Source of the DNA: Herbidospora yilanensis
Lineage (GTDB): Bacteria; Actinomycetota; Actinomycetes; Streptosporangiales; Streptosporangiaceae
Direction: 5' to 3'
NCBI RefSeq assembly: GCF_001570565.1
Contig: NZ_BBXE01000013.1
Location: 264,984-328,983, forward strand
Length of the DNA: 64,000 nt
Made by a program: the position numbers and the translations under genes. The notes beneath the pieces are model-generated. The model made no database searches and was not told the DNA's origin. It worked only from the letters and a program-made list of their open reading frames with translations. This document shows positions 38,103-46,046 of this stretch, in pieces. The first letter of the stretch is position 1; every line of letters begins with the position of its first letter.

Positions 38103-39089
38103 CACCCGGGTGATCGCCTCGGCGGCGGCGGGGGCGCGGCCGGCGTCCACGAAGCCGCTGACGATGAACACCCCGCCGGAGAAGAACGGCATGAACCGGG
38201 CCTCGATGCCGTAGCTGGCCCCCATCCGGCCGCGCAGTTCGCGGTTGAGCAGGGAGTCGGGGCCGCCGCCGAGCAGTTCGCCCGCGACCCGGGCCGACGG
38301 CCAGCGCGGGTCGAGCCGGTCGACCGCGAAGCCGCCCAGCACGAGCCGGGTCTGGGGGCCGCCCCGGCCCGGCCGGTGCGTGCGGCCGGGCGTGTCCGCC
38401 GGGAGCGGCGGGACGTCGGCGAGGGGCAGGTCGTCCCCGGCGGGCACGCCGGCGAACGCCTTCGCGGCGGCGTCGGCGGCGCCGGTCCCGGCCAGGTCGC
38501 CGGCCACGACCAGGGTCATCCGGGCGGCGCCGGGCACGACGGCGGCGACGTCGTCCAGGGTCAGCGTGCGCCAGACCGCCTCGGTGCCGCCGAGCGGGCG
38601 GCCGTACCGGGAGCCGGGGGCCAGCACCGACTCGTGCACGAGTTTGTTGCCGAGCGCGATCGGGTCGTCGGACTCCATGGCCCGTTCGGCCACGACCTGG
38701 CGGCGCAGCGCCTCGAACGAGCGGGCCGTCGGCGTGAAGGGGTGCACCATCGCGGCCATCGCCTCGAACAACCGGGGCAGTTCGGCGGCCGGGCAGTCGC
38801 CCATGACGATCGGGCCCCGGTGCCCGCACCGCGTGGTGACCATCCCGCCCGCCAGGGCGAGGTCGCCGACGGTCCCGTCGCGGTGGTGCGGCGCGTCGGC
38901 GTTGAGCAGCGCCGCGTACGCCGCCACCACCCCCTCGGTCTCCGGGCGTTCGACCGCCGTGGTCGGCAGCAGGATCGACAGGGCGGCGGTGGCGACGTGC
39001 CGTCCGGGCATGTCGGCGAGCAGCACCCGCAGGCCGTTGTCCAGCGTGAACGTCTCCGGCTGCGGGAAACGCCAGGTCACAGGATCCAT
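37824..39089 (-). CDS. M16-family peptidase, non-catalytic-type subunit (no HxxEH)
   Basis: Start at MDPVTWRFPQPETFTLDNGLRVLL; M16 fold without the zinc motif; overlaps the start of the upstream M16 partner. Confidence 0.75.
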   Translation of the reverse strand: MDPVTWRFPQPETFTLDNGLRVLLADMPGRHVATAALSILLPTTAVERPETEGVVAAYAALLNADAPHHRDGTVGDLALAGGMVTTRCGHRGPIVMGDCPAAELPRLFEAMAAMVHPFTPTARSFEALRRQVVAERAMESDDPIALGNKLVHESVLAPGSRYGRPLGGTEAVWRTLTLDDVAAVVPGAARMTLVVAGDLAGTGAADAAAKAFAGVPAGDDLPLADVPPLPADTPGRTHRPGRGGPQTRLVLGGFAVDRLDPRWPSARVAGELLGGGPDSLLNRELRGRMGASYGIEARFMPFFSGGVFIVSGFVDAGRAPAAAEAITRVLTQLREGDVDGGLVTRVRDRMLAAAPELYESTLAVTQQYAELLSCGIDPPEYVDRHLGLLAALDADLVTADFASLVDPALLHTVAVGRFETG

Positions 39090-40258
39090 GAGGGTTCTCC
39101 GGCGGCGTGGAAGGCGACGACCGACGGCCGTGCCATCGGCCCGGCGGCCAGCGCGGCCACCTCGGCGTTGGTGACCCGGCGGACGGCGTCGAGCCGCGTG
39201 GTGACCCCGGCGGCGTCGCCCGACCAGGCGTGTTCCCGGCACAACTCCTCGGCGAGTGTGCGGGCGGCCCCGAGGGCCCCGAGTTGTTCCCTGATGCGCA
39301 GGGCCTTGGCGGCGGCCAGCACGTCGGGCGGCAGCCCGTCGCGGGCCACGGCGGCCAGACGGGCGGCGACGTCCCGTTCGAGCGCGGCCAGGTCGGCCGA
39401 GGCCGGGACCGACAGCTTGACCAGGCCGATCGACGGGCCGAGCGCGCACCGGGCGTGCTGGCCGAGCGCGCCGAGCAGGCCGGGCCGCGAGCCGAGCACC
39501 GACCAGGGGGCGCTGGCCAGCGCCGCCATCACCACCTCGGCGGCGGCCGATCCCGGCGGCAGGGCGAAGGTCAGCCGCACCATGGACGTCGGCTGGCCCT
39601 CCTCGACGTCCTCCCGCGCGCCCAGCGGCTCCCCGGTGACCGGCGGCGGGGCCGGCCGGCCCGAGGGAAACCCGGCCAGGTGGTTCCCGGCGATCTCCAC
39701 GGCCGCGTCGGGGTCGGCCGCGCCGACGACCGACACGACCAGCCGGTCGGCGCCGTAGTGGGCCTCCACGAACGTGGCCACGTCGTCGGGCGTCACGGCG
39801 GCGACCTCGGCGGGGTCGCCGACCGGCGGGCGGCCCGCCGGGTGGTCGCGCCCGAATAACAACCGCAGGCCGCGCCGCAGCCCCGACCCGAACCGGCCGG
39901 GTTCGTCGCGTTCGCGGATCTCCTCCAGCACGATCCGGCGGTGTCCCGCCAGCACGTCCCCGGTCACGCCGCGCCGGCCGCGCCGCACCCGGTCGCCGGC
40001 CTCGGCCAGCATCGCCGGGAGGGTGACCGCCGGGCCGGTCGCCACGTAGTTCGTGGACTCGTAGCCGGTGGTGGCCTGCGCCGAGCCGTTCTCGGACATG
40101 ACGTGCTCGACCACGTGAGCCAGGCCCGACCTGCCGATGGGGTCGTGCAGGGAGCCCGCGCCGTGCCAGGCGTTGACCGCGACGAAGCCGAGCCCCGGGT
40201 CGGGCCGCACGACCAGGGTCGCGCCGCCCGGCAGCCGGCGGGTGACCAGCCCGTCCAT
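39077..40258 (-). CDS. M16-family zinc peptidase, catalytic subunit (HVVEH)
   Basis: Start at MDGLVTRRLPGGATLVV; HxxEH motif in GLAHVVEHVMSENGS. Confidence 0.8.
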   Translation of the reverse strand: MDGLVTRRLPGGATLVVRPDPGLGFVAVNAWHGAGSLHDPIGRSGLAHVVEHVMSENGSAQATTGYESTNYVATGPAVTLPAMLAEAGDRVRRGRRGVTGDVLAGHRRIVLEEIRERDEPGRFGSGLRRGLRLLFGRDHPAGRPPVGDPAEVAAVTPDDVATFVEAHYGADRLVVSVVGAADPDAAVEIAGNHLAGFPSGRPAPPPVTGEPLGAREDVEEGQPTSMVRLTFALPPGSAAAEVVMAALASAPWSVLGSRPGLLGALGQHARCALGPSIGLVKLSVPASADLAALERDVAARLAAVARDGLPPDVLAAAKALRIREQLGALGAARTLAEELCREHAWSGDAAGVTTRLDAVRRVTNAEVAALAAGPMARPSVVAFHAAGEPSWIL

Positions 40259-41994
40259 CACGCGCCCACGGGGGCGGGGGCCGCCTGGGCGTGCACGAAC
40301 GCCTGGTAGGCGGGGCTGGCCGACGACAACGTGCCGTGGTCGCCCACGGCGGTGACGCGGCCGGCGTCGACGACCACGATCGTGCCGGCCGCGGCGACCG
40401 TCGACAGGCGGTGGGTGACCATCACCACGGCCCGGTCGCGGCCCAGGTCGGCGAGCAGGTCGGTGAGCCGCCGTTCGTTGACGCCGTCCATGTGCGCGGT
40501 CGGTTCGTCGAGCAGCAGGATCTCGGCGTCGGTCAGCAGGGCGCGGGCGATGGACAGGCGCTGCTCCTCGCCGCCGGACATCTGGTCGCCCGCGCCGAGC
40601 ACCGCGTCCAGCCCGGCGGGCAGGGCGCGCACGGCCTGCTCCAGGCCGACGTCGCGCAGCGCGGTCCACAACTCGTCGTCGGACGGGGCGTCCGACCGGC
40701 CCAGCGTCAGGTTCTCGCGCACGGTCATGGACAGGATCGCCGACCCCTGCTCGACCAGGGCGACCCGGCGGCGGGCCTCGGCTGTCGGCCACTCGTGGAG
40801 GGGCGCGCCGAGGAGCTCCACCCGCCCGGCGTCGGTCTCGACGAAGCCCTCCACCACGTTGAGCAGAGTCGACTTGCCCGCTCCCGACGGTCCGACGATC
40901 GCCAGCACCCCGGTGCGCGGCACCTCAAGAGACACCCCGTCGAGCACCGGCTTGCCGCCGAGCGACACCACGACGTCCGAGAGCCGCAGCGCCGGCGCGC
41001 CCGGCGTCACCTCGGGCGCGCGGGCCGCCCCGGCCGGTTCGGTCTCCGCGCCGAGCACCTCGTCGACCCGCCGCGCGGCGGCCTTGCCGACCGCGATCCT
41101 GCCCGCGCCCTGCGCCAGCGCCATCAGCGGGTTGACGAGCTGGAACAGGTACATCAGGAAGGCGATGAACGCCGTGGTCTCCAGCGCGCCCGAGGCCAGG
41201 CGCACCCCGCCCACGGCGAGCACGCCGATGATGGCGACCTGCTGGCCCAGGCCCATCAGCGGGCTGATCGCCGCCTGGGCCCGCGCCGAGCGCACCGCCG
41301 ACGCCGCCGCCTCGCCGATCTCGTTCTCCAGCGGGGCGATGGCCCGGTCCTCCGCCCGGTACGCCTTGACCGTCGTCACCATCGTGAACACCGACTGCGC
41401 GGCCTGGGCCAGCCGGCCGAGCGCGGCCTGCTGCGCCTCGGCCGCCCGGCGCATGCCCGCCAGGAAGGCCCTGATGGCGATCGCGGCCACGACGAACGTG
41501 CCGACCGTCACGGCCAGCATCACCCAGTCGAGGATGCCCATCACGATCAGGTACGCCGTCACCATCACCGCCGAGACCGGCATGACCGTGACGCCCGTGT
41601 CGGTGATCGCGCGCATCTGGGCGGCGTCGGGCCCCATCCGGGAGACCACCTCGCCCACGCCGATCCGCCGGATCACCGGCACCCGCAGGCGCACCGCCCG
41701 GCGCACCACGGCCAGGCGCACGTCCTCGATGGCCCGTTCCCCGGCCGCGCTCAGCAGGTAGGACGACCAGCCTCCGGCGAACGCCCCGGCCAGCACGATC
41801 ACGACGAGCTGCGCCACCGGCCAGACGACGTCCCCGCCCGTCCCGCCGATCACGCCCAGGATGCGGGCGATCAGCAGCGGCGTGACGATCCCGGCCGCGG
41901 CCGAGACCAGGGCGAGCACCACCGAGGCGGCCAGCCGGCCCCGCCGCGCCCTAACCGACCGGGACAACAACCCGAGTGTCGGCGACTCCGCCAT
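40258..41994 (-). CDS. ABC exporter, fused permease + ATP-binding domains
   Basis: Six TM helices N-terminal; Walker A GPSGAGKST, signature MSGGEEQRLSIARAL, Walker B ILLLDEPT. Confidence 0.85.
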   Translation of the reverse strand: MAESPTLGLLSRSVRARRGRLAASVVLALVSAAAGIVTPLLIARILGVIGGTGGDVVWPVAQLVVIVLAGAFAGGWSSYLLSAAGERAIEDVRLAVVRRAVRLRVPVIRRIGVGEVVSRMGPDAAQMRAITDTGVTVMPVSAVMVTAYLIVMGILDWVMLAVTVGTFVVAAIAIRAFLAGMRRAAEAQQAALGRLAQAAQSVFTMVTTVKAYRAEDRAIAPLENEIGEAAASAVRSARAQAAISPLMGLGQQVAIIGVLAVGGVRLASGALETTAFIAFLMYLFQLVNPLMALAQGAGRIAVGKAAARRVDEVLGAETEPAGAARAPEVTPGAPALRLSDVVVSLGGKPVLDGVSLEVPRTGVLAIVGPSGAGKSTLLNVVEGFVETDAGRVELLGAPLHEWPTAEARRRVALVEQGSAILSMTVRENLTLGRSDAPSDDELWTALRDVGLEQAVRALPAGLDAVLGAGDQMSGGEEQRLSIARALLTDAEILLLDEPTAHMDGVNERRLTDLLADLGRDRAVVMVTHRLSTVAAAGTIVVVDAGRVTAVGDHGTLSSASPAYQAFVHAQAAPAPVGA

Positions 41995-42970
41995 CGGACC
42001 CTCCCCTCGCGCGCACGGCGGCGAAGATCTCGCGCAGGTCGCGCATGCACTCGTCCTGGCCGTACATGTTGTTGACCGAGCTGGGGTTGACGACCACCTC
42101 GTCCACCCCCAGGTCGTGGTACTTGGCGATCTCGTCGGCGATGTGGTCGGGGTCGCCGTAGACGTACACCCCGGCCTGGACGAGTTCCCTGGCGCCCGAC
42201 ACCGGGTCGGAGGCGTCCACGTCGAGGCCCGCCCTGCGCAGCATGTCGGTGTAGTGGGGGGCCGACAGGTGGCTGATGCTGCCGTACTGGGCCAGCAGGT
42301 TGGCCGACCGGCCGGGCCGGGCGACGGCCGCGTGCACGACCGACACGATGCGCGGCGGCGGCTGCACCCCGGCCGCGCCCTGCGCGACGGCCGGCATGAC
42401 GACGTCCTCGATGTACTTGAGCGGCGTCAGCCACGTCATCGCGAGGTCGCCGCAGCGGCCGGTGACCCGGGCCATGGCGGGCCGCAGCACCCCCGCGCCG
42501 ATCTCCACCGGCGGGCAGTCCATCGGCGGCAGCGCGGCGTCGACGGTGAAGTGCTCTCCCTTGTGCCGCACGTGCTCGTTGCGGGCCAGCCGGCGGGCGA
42601 CGTCGATGAACTCGCCGACGATCGCGGCCGGTCTGGCGTACGGCTCGCCGCGCAACTGCGTCACGTACTGCGGGTAGGCGGCGCCGTAGCCGATCGCCAC
42701 CGGTTGTCCCATGAGCCGGGCCAGCGACCGGGCCTGCAACGCCGCGTCGTACGGGTGGCGCAGCACGATCAGCCCGACGGCCATGCCGATCGAGATCCGG
42801 CAGCCCGTCCCGGCCAGGTAGGCGACCGCCGGGTGGGACTCGATCCGCAACGACTGCCCGAGCCACAACCGCGCCGCGCCGATCTCCTCGGTCAGCCGGC
42901 CGTACGGGACGATCGTGTCCGGGTCGGTCGGCTGGTGCGGGAACATGAACGACACCTTGCGCGAGCTCAC
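41951..42970 (-). CDS. LLM-class (luciferase-like) flavin/F420-dependent oxidoreductase
   Basis: TIM-barrel LLM family signature (FPHQPTDPDTIVPYGRLTEEIGAARLWLGQSLRIESH...); GTG start overlapping the upstream stop (GTGA). Confidence 0.75.
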   Translation of the reverse strand: MSSRKVSFMFPHQPTDPDTIVPYGRLTEEIGAARLWLGQSLRIESHPAVAYLAGTGCRISIGMAVGLIVLRHPYDAALQARSLARLMGQPVAIGYGAAYPQYVTQLRGEPYARPAAIVGEFIDVARRLARNEHVRHKGEHFTVDAALPPMDCPPVEIGAGVLRPAMARVTGRCGDLAMTWLTPLKYIEDVVMPAVAQGAAGVQPPPRIVSVVHAAVARPGRSANLLAQYGSISHLSAPHYTDMLRRAGLDVDASDPVSGARELVQAGVYVYGDPDHIADEIAKYHDLGVDEVVVNPSSVNNMYGQDECMRDLREIFAAVRARGGSDGGVADTRVVVPVG

Positions 42971-43938
42971 GACGCCACCTCCACCAGCGGGCTGTCGGCG
43001 TTGCGGTGCGGCGCGAGCGGGTCGGCGTTCGCCTCGGCGAGCGCCTCGGCGACGGCCTCGGCCAGGTCGCGGCCGTCGAACAGGTGCCGCGCCACGCCGT
43101 CGGCGACCGCCATCGTGCGGTGCTGGCCCAGGCTCATGCGGTCCCATCCGGGCCGGGTGTCGCGCGGCTCCCAGCCGTACGCGACGCCGTCGGCGATCGG
43201 GCTGGTCATCACCGAGTGGGCCGGGTTCAGGCCGGGCAGGTTCCGCACCGCCGCGACGAGGCCGCCCACGGCGTGCCACGACTCCTCGGTCAGGTAGACG
43301 ACGATCGCGTCCCGCCTCGGATACTGGTCGGCCTTCGCCAGCACCTTCGCCCGGTAGGTCGCCCCGGCGCCCTCCAGCCGACTCAGCACCGCGTGCCACA
43401 CGGCGGGCGCCATCGACGGCTCGTCGACGTGCAGGTAGATCCGCAGCATGTGGCCGCCGGCCCCGTGGCCGCCCGCCGAGCCGTTGACCAGGAAGAACCC
43501 GGGAGAGAGCGTCGGCCTGATCGCGGGCAGCTCCAGCGTGGTGCGGGTGCCGATCTCCGGCAGCGGCGTCGGGCTCTCGCCCCCGGGGATGCGCAGGCGC
43601 ACCCGGCCGACGTCGAAGAGCACGTGCCGGCCGAGCGGGCCGTCGATCATGGCCGACCGAACGACCGCCGGGGTGCGGCTGGTGCGGTGGGGGGTGGCCT
43701 CCCGCAGGAGGTCCTCGAAGTCGTAGTCGCGGCGCGGGTCCCACTCGCCGGTCCTGACGGCCGAGCCGCTGTGCCAGTGGCGGTAGAGCACCGGCCCGAG
43801 GTCCTGGCGCAACCGGGTGCGGTTGTCGCCCGTGACCGTCTCGTCCCCGACGGTCACCGACCGGGTGTCGGGGTCGAGGCGCAGGTCGCCGAGCAGGTGG
43901 TCGAGCCGGTCGAGGAGACCCTGGTGGGCGATGGTCAT
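42967..43938 (-). CDS. hypothetical ~320-aa protein, candidate HopA1-like phospho-Ser/Thr lyase partner of the kinase
   Basis: No motif I can name with certainty. Assignment is from tight coupling (2-nt gap, GGAGAG RBS) to the APH-like kinase, and from its size and context matching kinase + HopA1-like pairs in class V lanthipeptide and thioamitide clusters. Confidence 0.45.
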   Translation of the reverse strand: MTIAHQGLLDRLDHLLGDLRLDPDTRSVTVGDETVTGDNRTRLRQDLGPVLYRHWHSGSAVRTGEWDPRRDYDFEDLLREATPHRTSRTPAVVRSAMIDGPLGRHVLFDVGRVRLRIPGGESPTPLPEIGTRTTLELPAIRPTLSPGFFLVNGSAGGHGAGGHMLRIYLHVDEPSMAPAVWHAVLSRLEGAGATYRAKVLAKADQYPRRDAIVVYLTEESWHAVGGLVAAVRNLPGLNPAHSVMTSPIADGVAYGWEPRDTRPGWDRMSLGQHRTMAVADGVARHLFDGRDLAEAVAEALAEANADPLAPHRNADSPLVEVAS

Positions 43939-43940
43939 GA

Positions 43941-45046
43941 TCAGTTCTCTCCAAGGCCGATGGTGGGGGCGAACTTCTCCGGCGTCGTGAGCGCGTTGCG
44001 GCCGATCCCGGCCATGCCGCGCTCCACCGCGCTGAGCCGCGCGCCGTGCACGGCGCCCGCGAGCAGCCGGTCGAAGAAGTGCCACCCGATGTAGCCGGTG
44101 GCCCGCACGGCCAGGCCCTCGTCCGGCTCGGCGACCTCCCGGTAGCCCTGCCAGAAGCGGCGGATGTGCTCGCGCACGGCCGACAGGTGCCGGTCGCCCG
44201 CGGCGACGATCGCCTCGTGGGCGGCGCCCGGCGACAGGCCCGTGTCCAGGTCGAGCTCGCGGAACATGCGCGCCACCGCGTGGTGCACGAACTCGCCCGC
44301 GAAGGCCCCGACGTCCCGGGCCGGGTCGTGGTGCCGGAACTCCTCCCAGTCGATGACGTACAGGTCGTCGCCGGAGCACAGGAACTGGTCCAGGCGCAGG
44401 TCGCCGTGGGTGACGGTGGCGGGGGCGGCGGCCGAGACCCGGTGCAGCGCGGCGAGCGCCTCGACCAGCACCTTGTCGTGCTGGAGCAGCGCCCACGCCT
44501 CGACCTCGCCGCCGCTGCAGTTGGCGTAGTCCTCGGGGCTCAGCGCGTAGAAGGCGTTGGCCCGGCGGTCGTCGGCCGACTCGGGCAGGTCCTCGGCGCG
44601 CGGCAGCGAGTGCACCTCGCCCAGCACCCGGCCCATCCGGTGGGCCAGCTCGACGTCGAGCTCCCCGGCCGCCAGCAGGTCGGAGGCGGCGCGGGAGTCC
44701 GGCACGTACTCGAAGACCAGCAGGCATTCGCCGGCGTCGGCGCCGTGGAAGGCCGGCACCCGCAGCTCGGCCGTCGCACGGCCGGCGATCAGCCGCTGGA
44801 AGGCCAGCACCCGGTCCATCCGGGCGGCGGCGTGCGCGCGGTCCCCCCGCAGGCGCTTGACGAACAGGTCGGGTCCCTCGGCGGTCGGCACCAGCCAGTT
44901 GTCGTTGCGGCCGAGGAAGCCGCGCATGCCCTCCACGATGGGCGTGGCCCCGCTGAGCGAGGCGACCGCCTGGACGAACTCCTCCGGGCGCGACACCGGC
45001 CGGGCCGCGACCAGCCGGGTCGTCTGTGTTTCCTCTTTCACGTCCA
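43941..45046 (-). CDS. aminoglycoside-phosphotransferase (APH)-fold kinase, candidate RiPP Ser/Thr kinase
   Basis: HGDLRLDQFL catalytic loop and IDWEEF motif of the APH/choline-kinase fold; divergent from the precursor array. Confidence 0.8.
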
Positions 45047-45104
45047 TGCGCCGAAATCTATGGACGCGGAAAGGCCCCGCGACATCCCAGGAAAGCACCG
45101 GCAG

Positions 45105-45125
45105 CAGGCATATGGCAGATGCCTG
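45105..45125. promoter_or_regulatory. inverted repeat CAGGCAT-N7-ATGCCTG in the divergent promoter between the kinase operon and the precursor array
   Basis: 7-bp perfect arms; the spacer ATGGCAG recurs as a direct repeat at 45153-45159. Confidence 0.3.
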
Positions 45126-45246
45126 ACAGATCCTTGCCGGCCGGTGTTCCCGAATGGCAGTCGGCCGGTGACGCGGGCGCGCAAATCCTCGTCATTTCGC
45201 CAGGACCGGCGGCCTAGTTTCCTTTGTTCCGAAGGAAGGAGATCTC

Positions 45247-45387
45247 ATGTCCAGCGAACTCATCGCGGGATACGCGAACTACGCCAGCACCGAATCGGTC
45301 CTGAGCGAGAACACGACCGCCGAGTGGTGGCCGATCACGTCGTACACCGTCACGCTCTCCACGACGACCACCTCGATCTGGATCTGA
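45247..45387 (+). CDS. candidate RiPP precursor peptide A (46 aa)
   Basis: MSSELIAGYANYASTESVLSENTTAEWWPITSYTVTLSTTTTSIWI; RBS GAAGGAG 7 nt upstream; not in the ORF track. Confidence 0.7.
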   Translation: MSSELIAGYANYASTESVLSENTTAEWWPITSYTVTLSTTTTSIWI

Positions 45388-45397
45388 GGGGCGCGCC

Positions 45398-45538
45398 GTG
45401 TCCGAGCTGATCGCGGGTTACGCCAATTACGCCAGCACCGAGGCGGTGCTCCAGGAACGTTCCGAGGCCGGCCGCTGGATCGAGTGGACCCTCTGGTTCA
45501 CCGTCACCATCTCCGTCACCCCCACCTCCTCCCTCTGA
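45398..45538 (+). CDS. candidate RiPP precursor peptide B (46 aa, GTG start)
   Basis: VSELIAGYANYASTEAVLQERSEAGRWIEWTLWFTVTISVTPTSSL; GAGGGG upstream. Confidence 0.65.
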   Translation: MSELIAGYANYASTEAVLQERSEAGRWIEWTLWFTVTISVTPTSSL

Positions 45539-45559
45539 ACCTGCTGAGAAAGGAAGACC

Positions 45560-45709
45560 ATGTCCGAGCTGATCGCCGGTTACGCCAACTACGCCTCCAC
45601 CGAGGCCATCCTCCAGGAGCGGCAGCTCGCCGCCCGTGAGCCCGAGACCGGCCTGTTCACGCTCACCATCACGATCTCGCTGACCATCACGGTCACGATC
45701 AGCCTCTGA
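45560..45709 (+). CDS. candidate RiPP precursor peptide C (49 aa)
   Basis: MSELIAGYANYASTEAILQERQLAAREPETGLFTLTITISLTITVTISL; RBS AAAGGAAG. Confidence 0.7.
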   Translation: MSELIAGYANYASTEAILQERQLAAREPETGLFTLTITISLTITVTISL

Positions 45710-45722
45710 CCAGGAGGTCCCG

Positions 45723-45872
45723 ATGCACGAGCTCGTCGCCGGATACGCGAACTATGCCTCGGCCGAGGCGATCCTGCGGGAACAGGCCGCCGGGCGTGTT
45801 CTCGAAGCGGGTCTCTTCTTCTCGGTGACCTTCAGCTTCACCCACAGCAATTCCATCTCCTTCTCCATCTGA
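45723..45872 (+). CDS. candidate RiPP precursor peptide D (49 aa)
   Basis: MHELVAGYANYASAEAILREQAAGRVLEAGLFFSVTFSFTHSNSISFSI; RBS CAGGAGG. Confidence 0.7.
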   Translation: MHELVAGYANYASAEAILREQAAGRVLEAGLFFSVTFSFTHSNSISFSI

Positions 45873-45890
45873 CCGAAAGGAAACGGGCGA

Positions 45891-46046
45891 ATGAACGACC
45901 TCATCGCCGGATACGCCAACTACGCCTCCACCGAGGCCATCCTGCACGAGCGGCAGATCGCGAGCCGCGACGCCGAATCGATCAGCGCGACCGTGACGGT
46001 CACCTGGACCCTCACCGTCTCCTGGTCCTACTCCTGGTCCTACTAG
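45891..46046 (+). CDS. candidate RiPP precursor peptide E (51 aa)
   Basis: MNDLIAGYANYASTEAILHERQIASRDAESISATVTVTWTLTVSWSYSWSY; RBS AAAGGAAACGGG; the stop overlaps the stop of the convergent LAL regulator. Confidence 0.7.
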   Translation: MNDLIAGYANYASTEAILHERQIASRDAESISATVTVTWTLTVSWSYSWSY

